From assembly GCA_976551045.1 (NCBI GenBank), contig CDPCPM010000011.1, positions 6,448,001 to 6,512,000 of the forward strand: 64,000 bases of DNA, written 5' to 3'. The stretch's first letter is position 1. The number at the start of each line of letters is the position of its first letter. The notes below the pieces were generated by a model that worked only from the letters and a program-made list of their open reading frames with translations, did no database searches and was not told where the DNA came from. Position numbers and translations under genes: made by a program. Below are positions 36,396 to 48,979 of this stretch, piece after piece. Source of the stretch: Glaucostegus cemiculus. Taxonomy: Eukaryota.

Positions 36396-38259
36396 CCTGT
36401 TGGCATGCACATCCTCTGGCAGTCCTGAAGAGATCTGTTTTGCAGGTTAGATACTGGGTAGGACCTATTTGATTTTGTATTACCTGGTGCCAGATTCTTA
36501 ACATCTCAGTCCCCCAGCTTGCCTGTCCTCATTATCCACCCGCCAGTGCTTTGGAAACACCTCTGCCTTCTGATATTGGAAATTCAGCTTCTGATCGTGC
36601 ACGTGTTTTGATCAGTAGCTGTGCATTCTACAAGTATATTGTCTTTTTACCAAAGGTACTGAGGGCAAATTTCTCCTGTTGTACTGAAAATGGAAAGCAG
36701 AGGGAGCAGCGCAGTTTACCCTTAAAAGGAATTTTAACAGCAAACTCAGCCATTCATTAAAATTGCTCCTTTGTTTTATAATTTGGGATAAAAATTAAAA
36801 CCTTCCAATTTATATCTTTTTTTTGTGTGACTTACAAATAGTGAATTATTTTTCAAACAAAATAAAGAATGTTATGTGATCCACACTATACAATTAGCTA
36901 GAACATTAGCCTCCACTTCCTAAATTGAACTGCCATGTTACTTAATTCAAACCCAGAGTGCATGACTCCTTTAATGCTCTTTTGGTAATACAGCTTCTGA
37001 CTTAAAGCCCTTTTTCAATAATGGTTTCCTATTCCAGCCTTCCTCATCTAACTGATTCTATCTTGAGGCTTTCTTTGATAGATTACATTAATAGATAGTC
37101 CTTGCTTCTTATTAATAATACTCCAGGCCTCTACACTAGCTCCAATCCATCTAGCTTCTTGCAACTAATGGCTTAGATCTTTTCAGATAGACTCAACCAC
37201 CCATACCATGATATAACCTTTTGTAAAGTTTTATTCTCCCTGTGTGGAAATATTTACCATTTTTATGTCTGTTAACTCTTGCAGGAATCCTTAAAAATTC
37301 AGAACATTGTATTTAATGGCAACACTTCATGGCTGAAGACAGCAAGGCTCCAGAAAACTAAAAATATTAAGGACATTAACCAGTCAATTAAGCTGGAACC
37401 AAAGGAACAGAGCAGCCAATGTGGAACAACGAATCCATCTCCTATGCATGTGATCTAATCAGCGACATTTCAGCACAAACTTCCATTTTTCAGAAGCCTT
37501 GTTCCACTAAAACAAGTCTAAGCTTACCTTTCATATCACATCACATCAAAGTCAACTATAATTGTCCATCTATGTAAAATGGACCTGAACCAGTCATTCT
37601 TTTTCCATTGCTCCTAAGTTAGTCAATAGTAGACACAATGCCACACCAGCCTGACCTGCTGGGTGTTTTCACTATTTTCTCTTTGCCCAGATCCACATTG
37701 TTTTGCTTTAGTAGGTACTGGCATTGTTGGATAGTCTTGCATTGGCAGATTCTTAAAGAGTTCCATCTTCCTCTATATTTATTCCATGCTTCACTGACAC
37801 CATGCCCAGAAGTGACCCTGGCAGCACTTCCTGCAAAGCATGCTCCACTACTGTCTCCAGGGGAGAGTGCCCAGGAGTGACAAACAGGGCAACCTTCTTT
37901 GTACTCATTTCATGCAACACTATCTCCATTTCAATCCTCCATCATTTCTTCACAAATTCTGTGTCCTAGCTCCACAATTATCTTGACAGCCAATGATTTC
38001 TGCTAACCTTTCCCTTTGCTCCTTACTGCCTTTGGAAAAGCTGAAAAACACTTTCTAAAAATAGTTGTCATCCTAGAATGTATTCTAACAGCTATACCTT
38101 CATCTGTGGCCACTTGGCTTTTAAATGGCAGCATTTATTTAACTTCTGGTTATTTTAACTGCTCCATTCACTCACCTTCTTCGGTAGAGTTCTGAATATC
38201 TGCTAACAGAAACTAATGTTTTGCAATAGTTAATCATTTGAAGCTGAACCTAAACCTTA

Positions 38260-38514
38260 GGGGCGGCATGATAGCGTAGCGGTTAGCACGATGCTGTTAC
38301 AGTGCCAGCGATTGGGGTTCGATTCCCGTCGCTGACTGTAAGGAGTTTGTACATTCTCCCCTGTCTGTGTGGGTTTCCTCCGGGTGCTCCGGTTTCTTCC
38401 CACATTCTAAAGATGTATGGGTAGGTTAATTTGGGAGTTTAAAATGGGTGGCGCGGACTCGTTGGGCCGAAAGGGTCTGTTACCACGCTGTAAATAATAT
38501 AAAATTTAATTTAA
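38260..38514 (+). mobile_element. Young tRNA-derived V-SINE (HE1-like), full length
   Basis: GGGGCGGCATGATAGCGTAGCGGTTAGC, GGTTCGATTCCC, V-domain and AT-rich tail; same family as 28910-29157. Confidence 0.92.
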
Positions 38515-39689
38515 ACAATTAGGGGAGTTCACAGGCAGTCAACGAGCATGCTGACCCTCCCCCCTGCATTTGACATTACTTTCTAAATAAGTACTAATAT
38601 AGAACCATAAGGACATACTGAGATGTTTGTTGTAATATGGGAACAAAGTCAGAAAGCAGTTCATAAAGAATGAGCTGATGATTTCATTATAAACAGTGCA
38701 CCTGGGAAGTGTTTCTTCACTTATAAAATCTGAGGTATAAATTCTATTGAAGTTATGAACTTCTGTATCTGCGTATTTTTGTAGACGTGCCACATTAAAC
38801 TGCTTGAAGGGACTTTGTTTTTCATCAAGGAGAAGATGCACTTTGGCAAACTGGGGAGGAGAATTGAGGAATGGAAACACGTTGACGCAGTGATTATGGG
38901 GGTTGATGAATCAGATGTCAGTGCTAAGGGGCTGGTGGGATAGCAGGGTCAAGAACACCATTTGAACCTTTAAAAAATGCTGCAGTTTCTTAACAGCTTT
39001 TAAATGAAATACATTAATCCAGAGGCTGACATTTCTCAGAGCAGTAATACAGTATCATTGAGGTGGAAAAATATTTGCACATGATAACAAAACCAAATCA
39101 AAGGAGGAGGAGCAGTACCACAACATCCATACAAGATCTGCATATCAAACTGAGAGTGGTTGATTTTCAAACCACCTACTCACCATCCCTGGTAATTAGA
39201 GGAGGAGTTTTTATTATAATCAGTGACAAGAACAAGTACACATACTCATTAATATCTTATTAGCTGCTTGATGCAGCATCATACACCTTTCTTTGAATAT
39301 ACCCTCCAGCAGTTTACCATCAATATAAATCCATACATACAATGAAGTCATATAGCCAATTTCCCGACTTTGACTCTTTAAGTACTAAAGAATATTTTAA
39401 TTTCGTAACACAGAATTGTAAACTTTATTCTAAAAATGCTTCCAGTATCAAACATCAGCAACAGATTATTGGAATTAAGGCCAGAGTGCCACTAAGATCT
39501 GCTTCAGATCTATCCAGCTGAACCTTTGGCTCTGCAGAACTGTGTACAATTTCCCAGTGAACCGTTTAAGCTAAGAAAAGGGAGCCACAATAGACTTTAA
39601 ATACCAACAAATATCAAGAAGAAGCCAAGCATGATTTACCTCCCTGTTCAGCTGAAAATGTGCAACTCCTTCACACAGCTGTGCCAGAT

Positions 39690-40175
39690 GTAAGATGTAA
39701 ACTGAAAAGGTGCAGAAAAGATTCACAAGGATGTTACTGGGACTGAAGGGTTTGAGTTATAAGAAGAGGCTGGAAAATCTAGGACTTTTTTCCCTGGAGC
39801 ATAGGACAGAGGTATATAAAATCACGAGAGGCACAGATAAGGTGGATGGTCACAGTCTTTTTCTCAGGGTAGAGGAGGCTAAAACCAGAGGACATAGATA
39901 TAAGGGGAAAGGTCTAAAAGGGACCTGAGGGGAAACTTTTTCACACAGAAGGTGGTGGGTATCTGGAACGAGCTGTCAGAGGAAGCTGTGGAGGCGGTAC
40001 AATTACAATATTTAAAAGACATTTAGACAGATATGTGGACAGAAAGGGTTTAGAGGGATATAGGCCAAACACAGGCAAATGGCACCTGCTCGGAAAAACA
40101 CCTTGGTTGGCAGGTACAATTTAGGCCAAAGGGCCTGTTTCTATGCTGTATAACTCTGTGACTATGACTCTATGA
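39690..40175 (+). mobile_element. CR1/HER1-type LINE 3' fragment
   Basis: ORF 39710-39928 VQKRFTRMLLGLKGLSYKKRLENLGLFSLE...TRGHRYK; ACTCTGTGACTATGACTCTATG tail. Confidence 0.92.
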
Positions 40176-40504
40176 AAGACCCTGTCTTTAGGGGTTCTTA
40201 TAATTATTTTGTTAACTACTTTTTTTTTACATTTTGGAACACCAAGTGATTGAAAAAAATCAATTAACTAATCCAAACCAAATAGCTTGGTCAGTACAAT
40301 AGAGTAGTAATTGAAACTCATTTATACCAGACCGTGTCGTTTTCTTTGACTGGTAAAACTATCCCACTTATACTCTGAACTGTTTCTCCTTTGACATGTA
40401 GGAGACAGCGGAAGATGATGACCAGCAAATTGACTGCCTTCCAACACTCACTAAACCCCACATTTATCATTGTTATGGAGCAAGGACCATCTACTGGTTG
40501 TAGC

Positions 40505-40660
40505 AAAAATAAATCTTTGCATTCATATAGCGCTTTCACATTCCTCTCACTACCTCTCAAAACATATTACATTCAATGAAGTACTTTTGATGTGTAGCCA
40601 TTCTCTTAGAAAATGTTGTAATCAGTTCACTTGGAAGCATAAAGCAAGAAAGTCCCATTC
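40505..40660 (-). mobile_element. Deu-domain SINE 3' tail
   Basis: TTGCATTCATATAGCGCTTTCAC...CAATGAAGTACTTTTGATGTGTAGCCA is the reverse complement of the tail at 27620/35480. Confidence 0.7.
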
Positions 40661-41069
40661 ATTTTATTAAAGTGATTCTGCACAATTTCCCCTTGAGTCT
40701 GCTAAGGAAAGGTTCCTTAAAGTTTCTCCAACAAAACTTCAGAATATTCATCAATCTGCCCTGTATTCATTTCTCTCAAGGATTCTCTTTCTGGTGGTGG
40801 CAGTTTCTCGGTTGCAGCCATCCTTAATCCATTTACTATTCCACATGTATTTATTCTCATAAACTTCAATTCCATGCTTCCCCAGATGTTCATTTTTGTT
40901 TTAAGTGCACAAATTAATCCTAAATTGAATGTTTTTGATGAGTGTCTTTACCATTATACCATGCACTAAACTTCCTCTTTTACCATTTTATGGTAATGGA
41001 AAGGCTGGCTGATTGAAATCATGCCTGATTTTTGTTTCCATTGAAGGCAATTAAAATGACTTTTTCTAC

Positions 41070-41290
41070 ATTATTCACGCATTGTGGGCAGAGCTGGCTG
41101 GACCAGGATTTAGTGCTCATCCCAAATTGCCCCTAAACTGAGTGGCTTGCTGCTCCTTGTAGGCAGTTAAGAATCAGCCAATTTGCTGAGGAAATCATAT
41201 AAAAGTCAGACTGTTTTAAAATGGCAGATTACCTTCCCTGAAGGAAGGGCATTAGTGAATTGAATACTTATGGATGATAATAAATACTTC
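41070..41290 (-). mobile_element. Old SINE 3' part
   Basis: GCTCATCCCAAATTGCCCCTAAACTGAGTGGCTTGCT...GGCAGATTACCTTCCCTGAAGG...CATTAGTGAA. Confidence 0.6.
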
Positions 41291-41967
41291 TAATCCCTAG
41301 TCATCTATTTCAGATACACTGTAGAAGTTAAATAATTTATGCCTTCTATCTGGTAGAGTTAAGTCAGTCACTTTTCCTAACTTACAGAAATATCCATCAT
41401 TATTTAGAATCTCTATCCAATCCACTCCTATTATTTTGAAAGCAGATACTCATCATGCTGCTCACAATATTACAAATGTCACCTCACCTGTAACCTAAAC
41501 CAGATGAGAGTAACTCAATCACAGTTTTGTACTTTGCATAATGTAGATTTGATAAATTGGCATCACGTCTATGATATTTGTACTGTACCAAAGTGCATAA
41601 TTTGTAAACCTACTGTGACCAACCTGCAAAACTCCAAAATTAACAGGTAACTAAGTGATTCTTCCATGGAATGAGGAAGATATGCAATGCAAAGTAATCT
41701 CCACCTTGATTATAATCAGTTTTGCTAACCTTTCCATTTGCAGCAGACTTCACTGTTCCACGTTACATTATTAATGGTGACAAACAGGAGCTGAAGCTTA
41801 CATTGTTTCATCTTCCTCTTACTACTTTAAACAATCATCCATATAATAAATAATAAATAGTCATCCATTGTGCATACATTCTAACCTGGTTGTTTTCATG
41901 ATGGAAGAATCAAAGGTGAAAGCAAATCACATATCACACACCTGTGCAGAAAGGATTAATATAAAAT

Positions 41968-42490
41968 GATCATAGAAATTTACAGCACAGAAGAAGACTA
42001 TTTGGCCCATCATATCCATGCTGGCAAACACACAGCCAATGAGATGAATAAAAACCAAAAATGCTGGAAGTACTGAGCAGGCCAGGCAGCATTTGGGAGC
42101 CAAAAACAGAGTTAATGTTTCAGTTGATAAGCTTTTATCTGAACTTGTGAATTAATGTAATTGGAATTACTAAGATTAATTAAATGATAAATATTAGATG
42201 AGAAAATTGTTGTCAAATTGCTGCTAAACCTTCCAACTTTATCTTAAATTCATGTTTCAGCCTAATTTTGTATCTCCTCTGTCTCCCCCGTTCTAAGAAA
42301 GAAACCCAGGCAAACCACTGTCTCCTCATAATTAAAATTCTCCAGCATGCCAACATCCTTATAAATTTACACTGCACCCTCTTGAGAGTTCTGAGATTCT
42401 TACTGTGATCCGGTGATCAGAACTATATGCAGTGGCCTAACTAATATTTACATGTTACTCGTATGACCTCCCTGCTCTTATATCGTAAGT
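41968..42490 (-). mobile_element. Decayed CR1 3' fragment interrupted by a Penelope-type terminus (42050-42146)
   Basis: CATAGAAATTTACAGCACAGAAG..TTTGGCCCATC tail; the insert reads AGTTCAGATAAAAGCTTATCAACTGAAACATTAACTCTG on the minus strand; CR1 resumes ~42240 (AACATCCTTATAAATTTACACTGCACCCTC). Confidence 0.65.
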
Positions 42491-42752
42491 GCTCCTACAT
42501 TCCAACAGAGAAAATGGAAGGGTTCAGTTCTGTTATTTGCTACAGTGTGACTTATTGATCTTTCCCAGATATTATGGCTCAGAAAGGAAAATCAAACGCA
42601 AGACTAATGTGTACTACACATCCACTACTACACACACTGATGTCTGATTCATGCACATTATGGGGAGACTGAAACAGGCATCAAGAAATCATTTCCAAAA
42701 TTCAAGAAGGACTAATTCGAAACCATAATCCTTAGCCTTAACAGAACACCTT

Positions 42753-43572
42753 GGTCCAGAAATTCAATTACGCAGCCCAGGTTTTTTGTGTGTTATAGGA
42801 TTAAATTGAAGTGCAAAATTGATCACAACACACAATCAGCATTTTCCAGCACACATGGCACGTAACCTGGGTTAGAACTGCATGATTCCATATGGTGATA
42901 AGACAGTGGCTTCAGTCATATTCAACATCAATCCTGCATCATTACAGTTCAAAATATGTGACACTGAGCAGTATGCACCTCAAACAAAGCTGGCCCTAAT
43001 GGAAGCTATAAGGTCTGGTCAAGCACATCCCAAAAGGACTGACTTGAACTGAACCACTGCTGGGAAATCTGTCATAGAATACAAAGATGGATTCCTCTCT
43101 GACAAGCCAATTAAACAGAGTTCACATCATTTTGGAGGTGAGGCTTTTTATTTGTTTTGTGGGGCGGAGATGACAGGTGAGCAGTCTATTTGTTGGCTGG
43201 GATTCTATGTTCATCACCATAATGTCCAACGGTGTTGAAGTGGGGTGCCTGACCTTTGGTCTGGCCTGGCAGCCTTACTAACAGTTCACCTGAATCTGCC
43301 CCATCACACCCGCTGATGCGTGATCCCAGAAATGCTGCATTAAGAAATTAAGGCATGGCCATGTATGTGGTTCATTCTAGACGCACGTCACTATGAATGG
43401 TTAGTGGGTGGAACTGCACTACATGTTGGGGAATGTTGCCACTTATGTCGTTGAAGCTTTACTTTAAAGTGCACTTGAAAATCTTTCCCTGAAACCTTGG
43501 TGAAAATTGCGTTGGTCCTCGATGCATTGCCACTTTATGTCATGTTTGTATAGACAGTTCAATTTCCGGACC
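42753..43572. mobile_element. Non-autonomous TIR DNA transposon (~820 bp), PIF/Harbinger-like ends
   Basis: Left GGTCCAGAAATTCAATT versus reverse complement of right end GGTCCGGAAATTGAACT; 3-bp flanks CTT/ATT. Confidence 0.6.
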
Positions 43573-43599
43573 ATTATGTTCCGTGTCTTGGTAGGATTA

Positions 43600-43860
43600 A
43601 CATTTTCTAAAACTGTATAAAATGCAGTGAGGAATCAGATAGATCATGACCACAAGGTAAAGGGACACAATTCTAAACTAGTCAAATATGTCAGGACTAA
43701 CAGTGATAGAGTGTAGTGTTTCAAATGTAGTGTGGAGGAAGGAACTGGGAAATAATTAAAGTGACAATTACATCGAAAATTGAGTGGGGGGAAGATTGTA
43801 GTTTCCTGTGAAACATTGGACTAGATGGATTGAATGGCCTCTTTAACCTGTACTGATCTT
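43600..43860 (+). mobile_element. Old CR1 3' end
   Basis: AAGGGACACAATTCTAAACTAG; GGACTAGATGGATTGAATGGCCTCTT tail. Confidence 0.5.
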
Positions 43861-44289
43861 TACAGAATGCCGTACAATGGATTTCAGAAACATTGGTTGG
43901 AAGTCGGTCTGTTTTTCACACAGATGTATTTCACATTGGTGAAAATTTATCATAATGTCAGAAATACATATAATTCCCTTTTCAGTTTATTCCCTTTTCT
44001 CCAATCAGAACAGTATCATTTTCACAGCTTTTCTTGGTTGCTTGAAGAAATTTGCACATGTTTCCAGGTTTGGATGGCTACTCTTGTATGAATAATGAAA
44101 TGACTTCCACTATTCTATTCCAGTGACCACCTTATAGCACTCGTATTACACCTGGTTAAATTTATTGCTCCCACAGCAAAAGCTGGAGCTATGGGCATTC
44201 TTTTGAACTTGAAATGCAGTAAATTTACATGTTACAGATCAGTCCACTTCAGAAAGAAAGAGAATGCAGACAACATTTTAAGAATCTTA

Positions 44290-45175
44290 TGAAAAGGAAT
44301 AAAAAAGCAAAATCTATGAAAGCAAGCCGAGGAATTCAAAGAGACGGATAAGAGGCTTTAAGAGAATGCAGTGAAGCAGATGTATAGACATAAAGAAGGA
44401 CAGCACAATCCACTTCAAATATTTTAGAAGCAGGAGAACAGTACAAAGCGCTGGTGAATCACTTAGAATTGATAATTGAGAGGTTGTGAGTGAAGTCAGA
44501 AAAAGCGCTGAAATATTAAATCATCAAATTCAAGTGTTTAGAAGGGCCATGCATTAGTGGGAGCCAAAAAAGAGGTAAGTCCCCTACTCATTAATTATTC
44601 AGAAGATGTATAATAGGCGTAATAGAGGACCACATTTTAACCATTACATTAAGGATGGATGTGCCCCAAAAGCTGGCAAATTTAGACTTCTGAATGAGCT
44701 CTTGAAATAGTAGCAGAAACATCAAGATGGAAGAAACCTTTTACCAGCAAGGTAGGAATGGAAATATTTAAAGTCACAAGGAAGGAAAGATTGGACAACT
44801 GTAGAGATTTTAGTTTCGCCCTAAGCTCTGGCAACTTTTATCCAATGGGTTTGAATGACTTGTCTCAGGTTATTCGGAATCTCCTCACGAACTCTTTGTT
44901 GGGCTCATTTAGTTTTTTTAAATCATTTTTTCATTATTTACAGAGAATCGTGTAAGTAGACAGAATGTTGAGGTGTACCATCCAAAGTATAATTGAAAAG
45001 TGGAGAGAGATTACATCTAGCCTTGGTGAGGTTGAATTAGAATTTTACATGGAGTTTTGATATCCCTATTTTGGAAAGCTTATGTTATTTATTAAGGGTA
45101 TATACAGAATTGGATTCATTCCAGAGATTGCCTTGAGGAAAGATCAGAACTTTTGCTCTTGAAAAGAGATCAAGT
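44290..45175 (+). mobile_element. Very old CR1 ORF2 fragments
   Basis: Remnants resembling KAEILN..F, GNYRPVSL (GACAACTGTAGAGATTTTAGT) and LVRPHLEY..QFWSPY (TTGGTGAGGTTGAATTAGAATTTTAC...TTTTGATATCCCTAT). Confidence 0.45.
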
Positions 45176-45419
45176 TATGAAACAAAGACAAAAGAAAGAT
45201 TGTTGGATGTACGTAGCAGGTCAGTTTTCACCAAGGGAGAAATGTCAAGCTGATGTTTCTGTCAGAAACTGCTTCAAAATGAAGAACTCATAGATGTGAA
45301 ATTTTAACAGAATCAGCAGGGAGAGACAAGTCATAAACTGGAAGCTACTGGAGGAAAAGTTAAAATTAATTGGGACCCATTGGTTAGAATACTGGTGGCA
45401 CATGACTGTCAGATGGCTC

Positions 45420-45715
45420 AACCAATGATGCTGACATCATTGAACTGGTTGAGCCATCTAGTCCACCAATGATGAGCTGAACACATCATCAGGGAGCCAA
45501 TATTGTGAGTGGCTAGCTTCACTATTTAAAGCTAGCCTGCACTCCTTAAAGGGAAGTTATAGAAGATACTGGCAGTCATGCTGGAAGTGAAAGTATCCTA
45601 GAAGTTACTGAAGTGTGACACACTATGGGAGAGGGTGGATTATAAGATTTTCAGGCATCTTGCCAGTGGCCTTGGTGGAAGAAGTCCCAAGGAGGATATG
45701 TATCCTTTCCCCAAG
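45420..45715 (+). mobile_element. Harbinger fossil 2: promoter region and Myb/SANT N-terminus
   Basis: Three CCAAT boxes, TATTTAAA, GCTAGCCTGCACTCCTTAAAGG (21/22 match to 14767-14788), then RFSGILPVALVEEVPRRICIL (~RFSD..LEALVEEV..RR.VL). Confidence 0.6.
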
Positions 45716-45719
45716 TCAA

Positions 45720-46890
45720 AGAGAACTCGCCTAGACCCAAGCTATGTCTGTCCCTTCATTGCATACATGGTGTAGTCCTTTTCTCAGTCTGATTTGGAAC
45801 CCTTCACTCAACTCTTTTTCTGTTACACTAATGATATTCTTAGTGCTACTTGCTCAACTCATATACAACTCATAAACGTCAATTTCCATTTGCTCCTTAC
45901 TATTATTTGCCCCACATCTAACTCTTTATTTCCCTTTCTAGGTATTTCTATCTCCATCTCTGGTTAGTAACCAACATACATCAAAAACCTCTCACTTTAC
46001 AACTTGTTTGACCACACCTTCTCCCAGTCTGCTTCCTATAAGGACTCCTTTCCATTTTCTCATATTCTCCATTTCCACTGTATATATTCTGATGGTGAGA
46101 CTTTCCATACCAGTGCATTTAAGAAGTCTTACTTATTATTTAACCATGACTTCTCCTCTAATGTATTTGTCTGGACTCTCAACCACATTTCCTCTGTTTC
46201 CCACTCTTCTACTCTCATTCCCTCTTCCCGCAGCCATAACAAGCAAACCAGCCTCCATCTACAATGGATTATCAACTGTAATTTTGACCACTTTCAATGT
46301 GATTCCACCAACAGATACATCTTCCTTTGATGTGGCCTCCTCTAGAATAGAGTTACAAAATATACATTGAATGACTGCTCTGCAGGCACTTCCATTCAGT
46401 CTGCAAGGGTGAGTCTGAGCTTTCAGTTATTTGTGACTTTAATTCTCCAGCCACCTCCTACTCTGACCTCTTTCTTTAACCTCCAGTAGTGCCCAACTTA
46501 AGCTCAAGGGAAAACATCTCATCTTCTGTCTGGGCACATTGCAGTCCTCAGGATCCAATATTGAATTTAACAATTTCAAGTAACCAACTCTTTTTTTTAA
46601 TCTTCACGGATGTGGCAGTACCTTTCAGTTTCAATTTGTTTCTCTTTCAGCTTTCCTGCTTCTGACTGCCATTTTTTTTAAATAATGGTTACCTTGACAA
46701 CTATTGTCCACTCTATCACAGATATTCCCTCTGTTCTCTCCAATCCTCCCCATCTTTGCAACTTAAAGCACACTTGTTTACTCACTTTTGCAGTTCTGAT
46801 GAAAGGTTCTTGAGTTGAAATGTCAACTTTGTTTCTTTCCCCTGGATGCTCTTTGACTTGTTGAGTGCTGCCAACGTTTTCTGTTCTTGT
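45720..46890 (+). mobile_element. Penelope-like retroelement (RT C-half, GIY-YIG, hammerhead terminus), decayed
   Basis: RTRLDPSYVCPFIAYM (~GTRMGPSYACLFVGY), FCYTNDIL (~RYIDD), ORF 46004 FDHTFSQSASYKDSFPFSHILHFHCIYSDGETFH, KLKGKHLIFCLGTLQSSGSNIEFNNFK*, hammerhead core at 46791-46828. Confidence 0.88.
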
Positions 46891-47039
46891 TCAGGAATGT
46901 ATGCGACTTGTGGGGGGGAATGTGCCTGATTCTTTTATCATGGTGGAGATGACAGGTTTAGGAGGTGCTGCTGGGATAACTGAGATGATTCACTGTGGTA
47001 CATTTTCCAGATGGTACATATTGTAACCAAGAGATACTA

Positions 47040-47165
47040 GAACAATAAAAACAGCAAATTCTGGAAAAAAAACAGAAGGTCAAGCAGCATCTGTGGAAAG
47101 AGGAACACCATTTTCTATTTTTATTTTGGAATTCTTGTATCTGCAGTTTTTTTTTAATTTTCAAT
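47040..47165. mobile_element. Penelope-derived mini element with inverted arms
   Basis: AATAAAAACAGCAAAT ... ATTTTCTATTTTTATT inverted arms with GCAGCATCTGTGGAAAGAG and ATCTGCAGTTTTT. Confidence 0.6.
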
Positions 47166-47479
47166 TTTAGATACTAAGACTGTGCCTAATTTATAACACA
47201 GATTAAAGGTAGGTACTAACATTGCAGAAACACTAGACACAAGTGACTTGCAAGAGACAAAGATAATTCAGGTGCCAACTTGCCTAAGGGAAAGGTCACA
47301 CATGAATTTTATCAAGAAGTGTGGTTTTGGTGGGAATATACATTGTGTAATGAAGTATTGCAATGCATACGTGACGTATTTTACAAGGCTATGGACCAAA
47401 CTGGTAAATGGGATGAGGCGGGATCACACTTTTTCAGCCAGCACAGGTATGATGAGCCACATGTTCTCCTTTCATGACT

Positions 47480-48260
47480 TAAATTCTGTTCCTGAGAACT
47501 CAGATGGGATAAGTGATGGGGCAGGCTACAGAAGAAGGCTGATGGTTCTGCATAATGTAATAGTTTGTTCACTGACTAGGAAAACAGAGGAATCAGCTTG
47601 ACATTGGGCTTAGCCCAGGGTTTGCAGCACAGGTCTTGCAGGACATGAATCCTGTTGAGTTCATTGAAGAACACAGGAGATTCCAAGCTTCTAAGACCTT
47701 GCACTGGAGGTCTTGGTAGAACAGGTCCAAGTCTGGAGAGATAGCTCAAGAGGTCATCAGGATGTGACCAGAAGGCAGTGGAAGCAGATAGTTTTGGACT
47801 GTATGGACCCAAGGACCAAGTGATAGTGTCCTGCACAGAATACCCTGCAATGAGGTACAGCTCAGTCTAGAAGTTCTTCAAACATAATGTCCCAGGGACC
47901 CGTAACAGGTCTTGTTCCATTGAAACACTTCTGTAAAGTGCAAGATGTGAAATGTATTGTATTCATTAGAATCAGAGGTATCAAGTCTCATGTAACTAAC
48001 TTTATTCAAACTGAGCAGTGGGCCCACCATCACACACTCCTCTGACTTTGCCTCCAGGATATCATATCACAGCAGGAACCCTGAAAACTGTGCAGCTGCT
48101 TTAGGGCAGATTTGCCCTTGTTTGGGGAGAGTGGGGTGAATGAGCAAAGACACGATTCAACTGTTGGTGGGATGTCAGCCACAGGAGGTGGGAACCTGGG
48201 ACAGGGATCGTAGTGGTCAATGGCACCTTGAAAAATGTAGAGAAGAAGAACTCACCTGAG
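47480..48260. mobile_element. Harbinger fossil 2, continued: second-ORF fragment (+) and transposase remnants (-)
   Basis: GAACTCAGATG...AGAAGAAGGCTGATGGTTCTGCATAATG matches 14844-14905; the minus strand gives QGAID (~48230), AQFSGSCCD..IL (~ARFPGSCHDAFIL, ~48090) and EYNTFHIL..RSV..EQ (~47950) in the expected order. Confidence 0.5.
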
Positions 48261-48979
48261 GAAAGCTCCCTGGATAAGGGCTACACCTGTATTCATCGGT
48301 CATACTGGCTGCTGTTCAAGGAAGAAAATCCCAATGTTGGTGGAATCATACCTTGTATGTTGATTGACGTCAGTCAATCATACCCAACAGTCTTCGTTCA
48401 TAAATGTTTCATTTATGTGGTGGTCCACATTATAATTTCCAGAAACATGCTATCCAGTAATGTATCTTAAAGTTTAGTTATGCCTATAGTGCGCAAAAAC
48501 AATCCATAATACCATGGAATTTCTGATCTTACTTTACACTCCTTAGAGTAAATTAACTGCCAATTATAAACACCTTACAAATTTCCTTTCCATTAATTTC
48601 AATTAATTTATTAATATGTATTTATTTTCTTTATTAATCAATTAATTATTAATTAAAGTCATTATGTAACTTAAATTTATGAAGTTTCCAGTATTGTGTG
48701 GTTGCATACAATGTGGCATATTGTGCCAAGTTTGCAATAAACTTCGGTGTAGGGAAATGATACAGAGCTAAGAAGGTCATGTGGTCAGACACAAGAAACT
48801 CAAAGTCACATTTATTGATGATACTCAGTTTTATTGGCAAAGTGAACACATAATCTAAAATATTTTTATTAAAAGAATGCTAAGTATGCAGAATATCAGC
48901 AAGGATGGGAAATTAGAAACTTTGATGGGATTCAAGAATTGGCTGGACCAGTACCCTGCAGCAAGTAACATTCAGGGCC

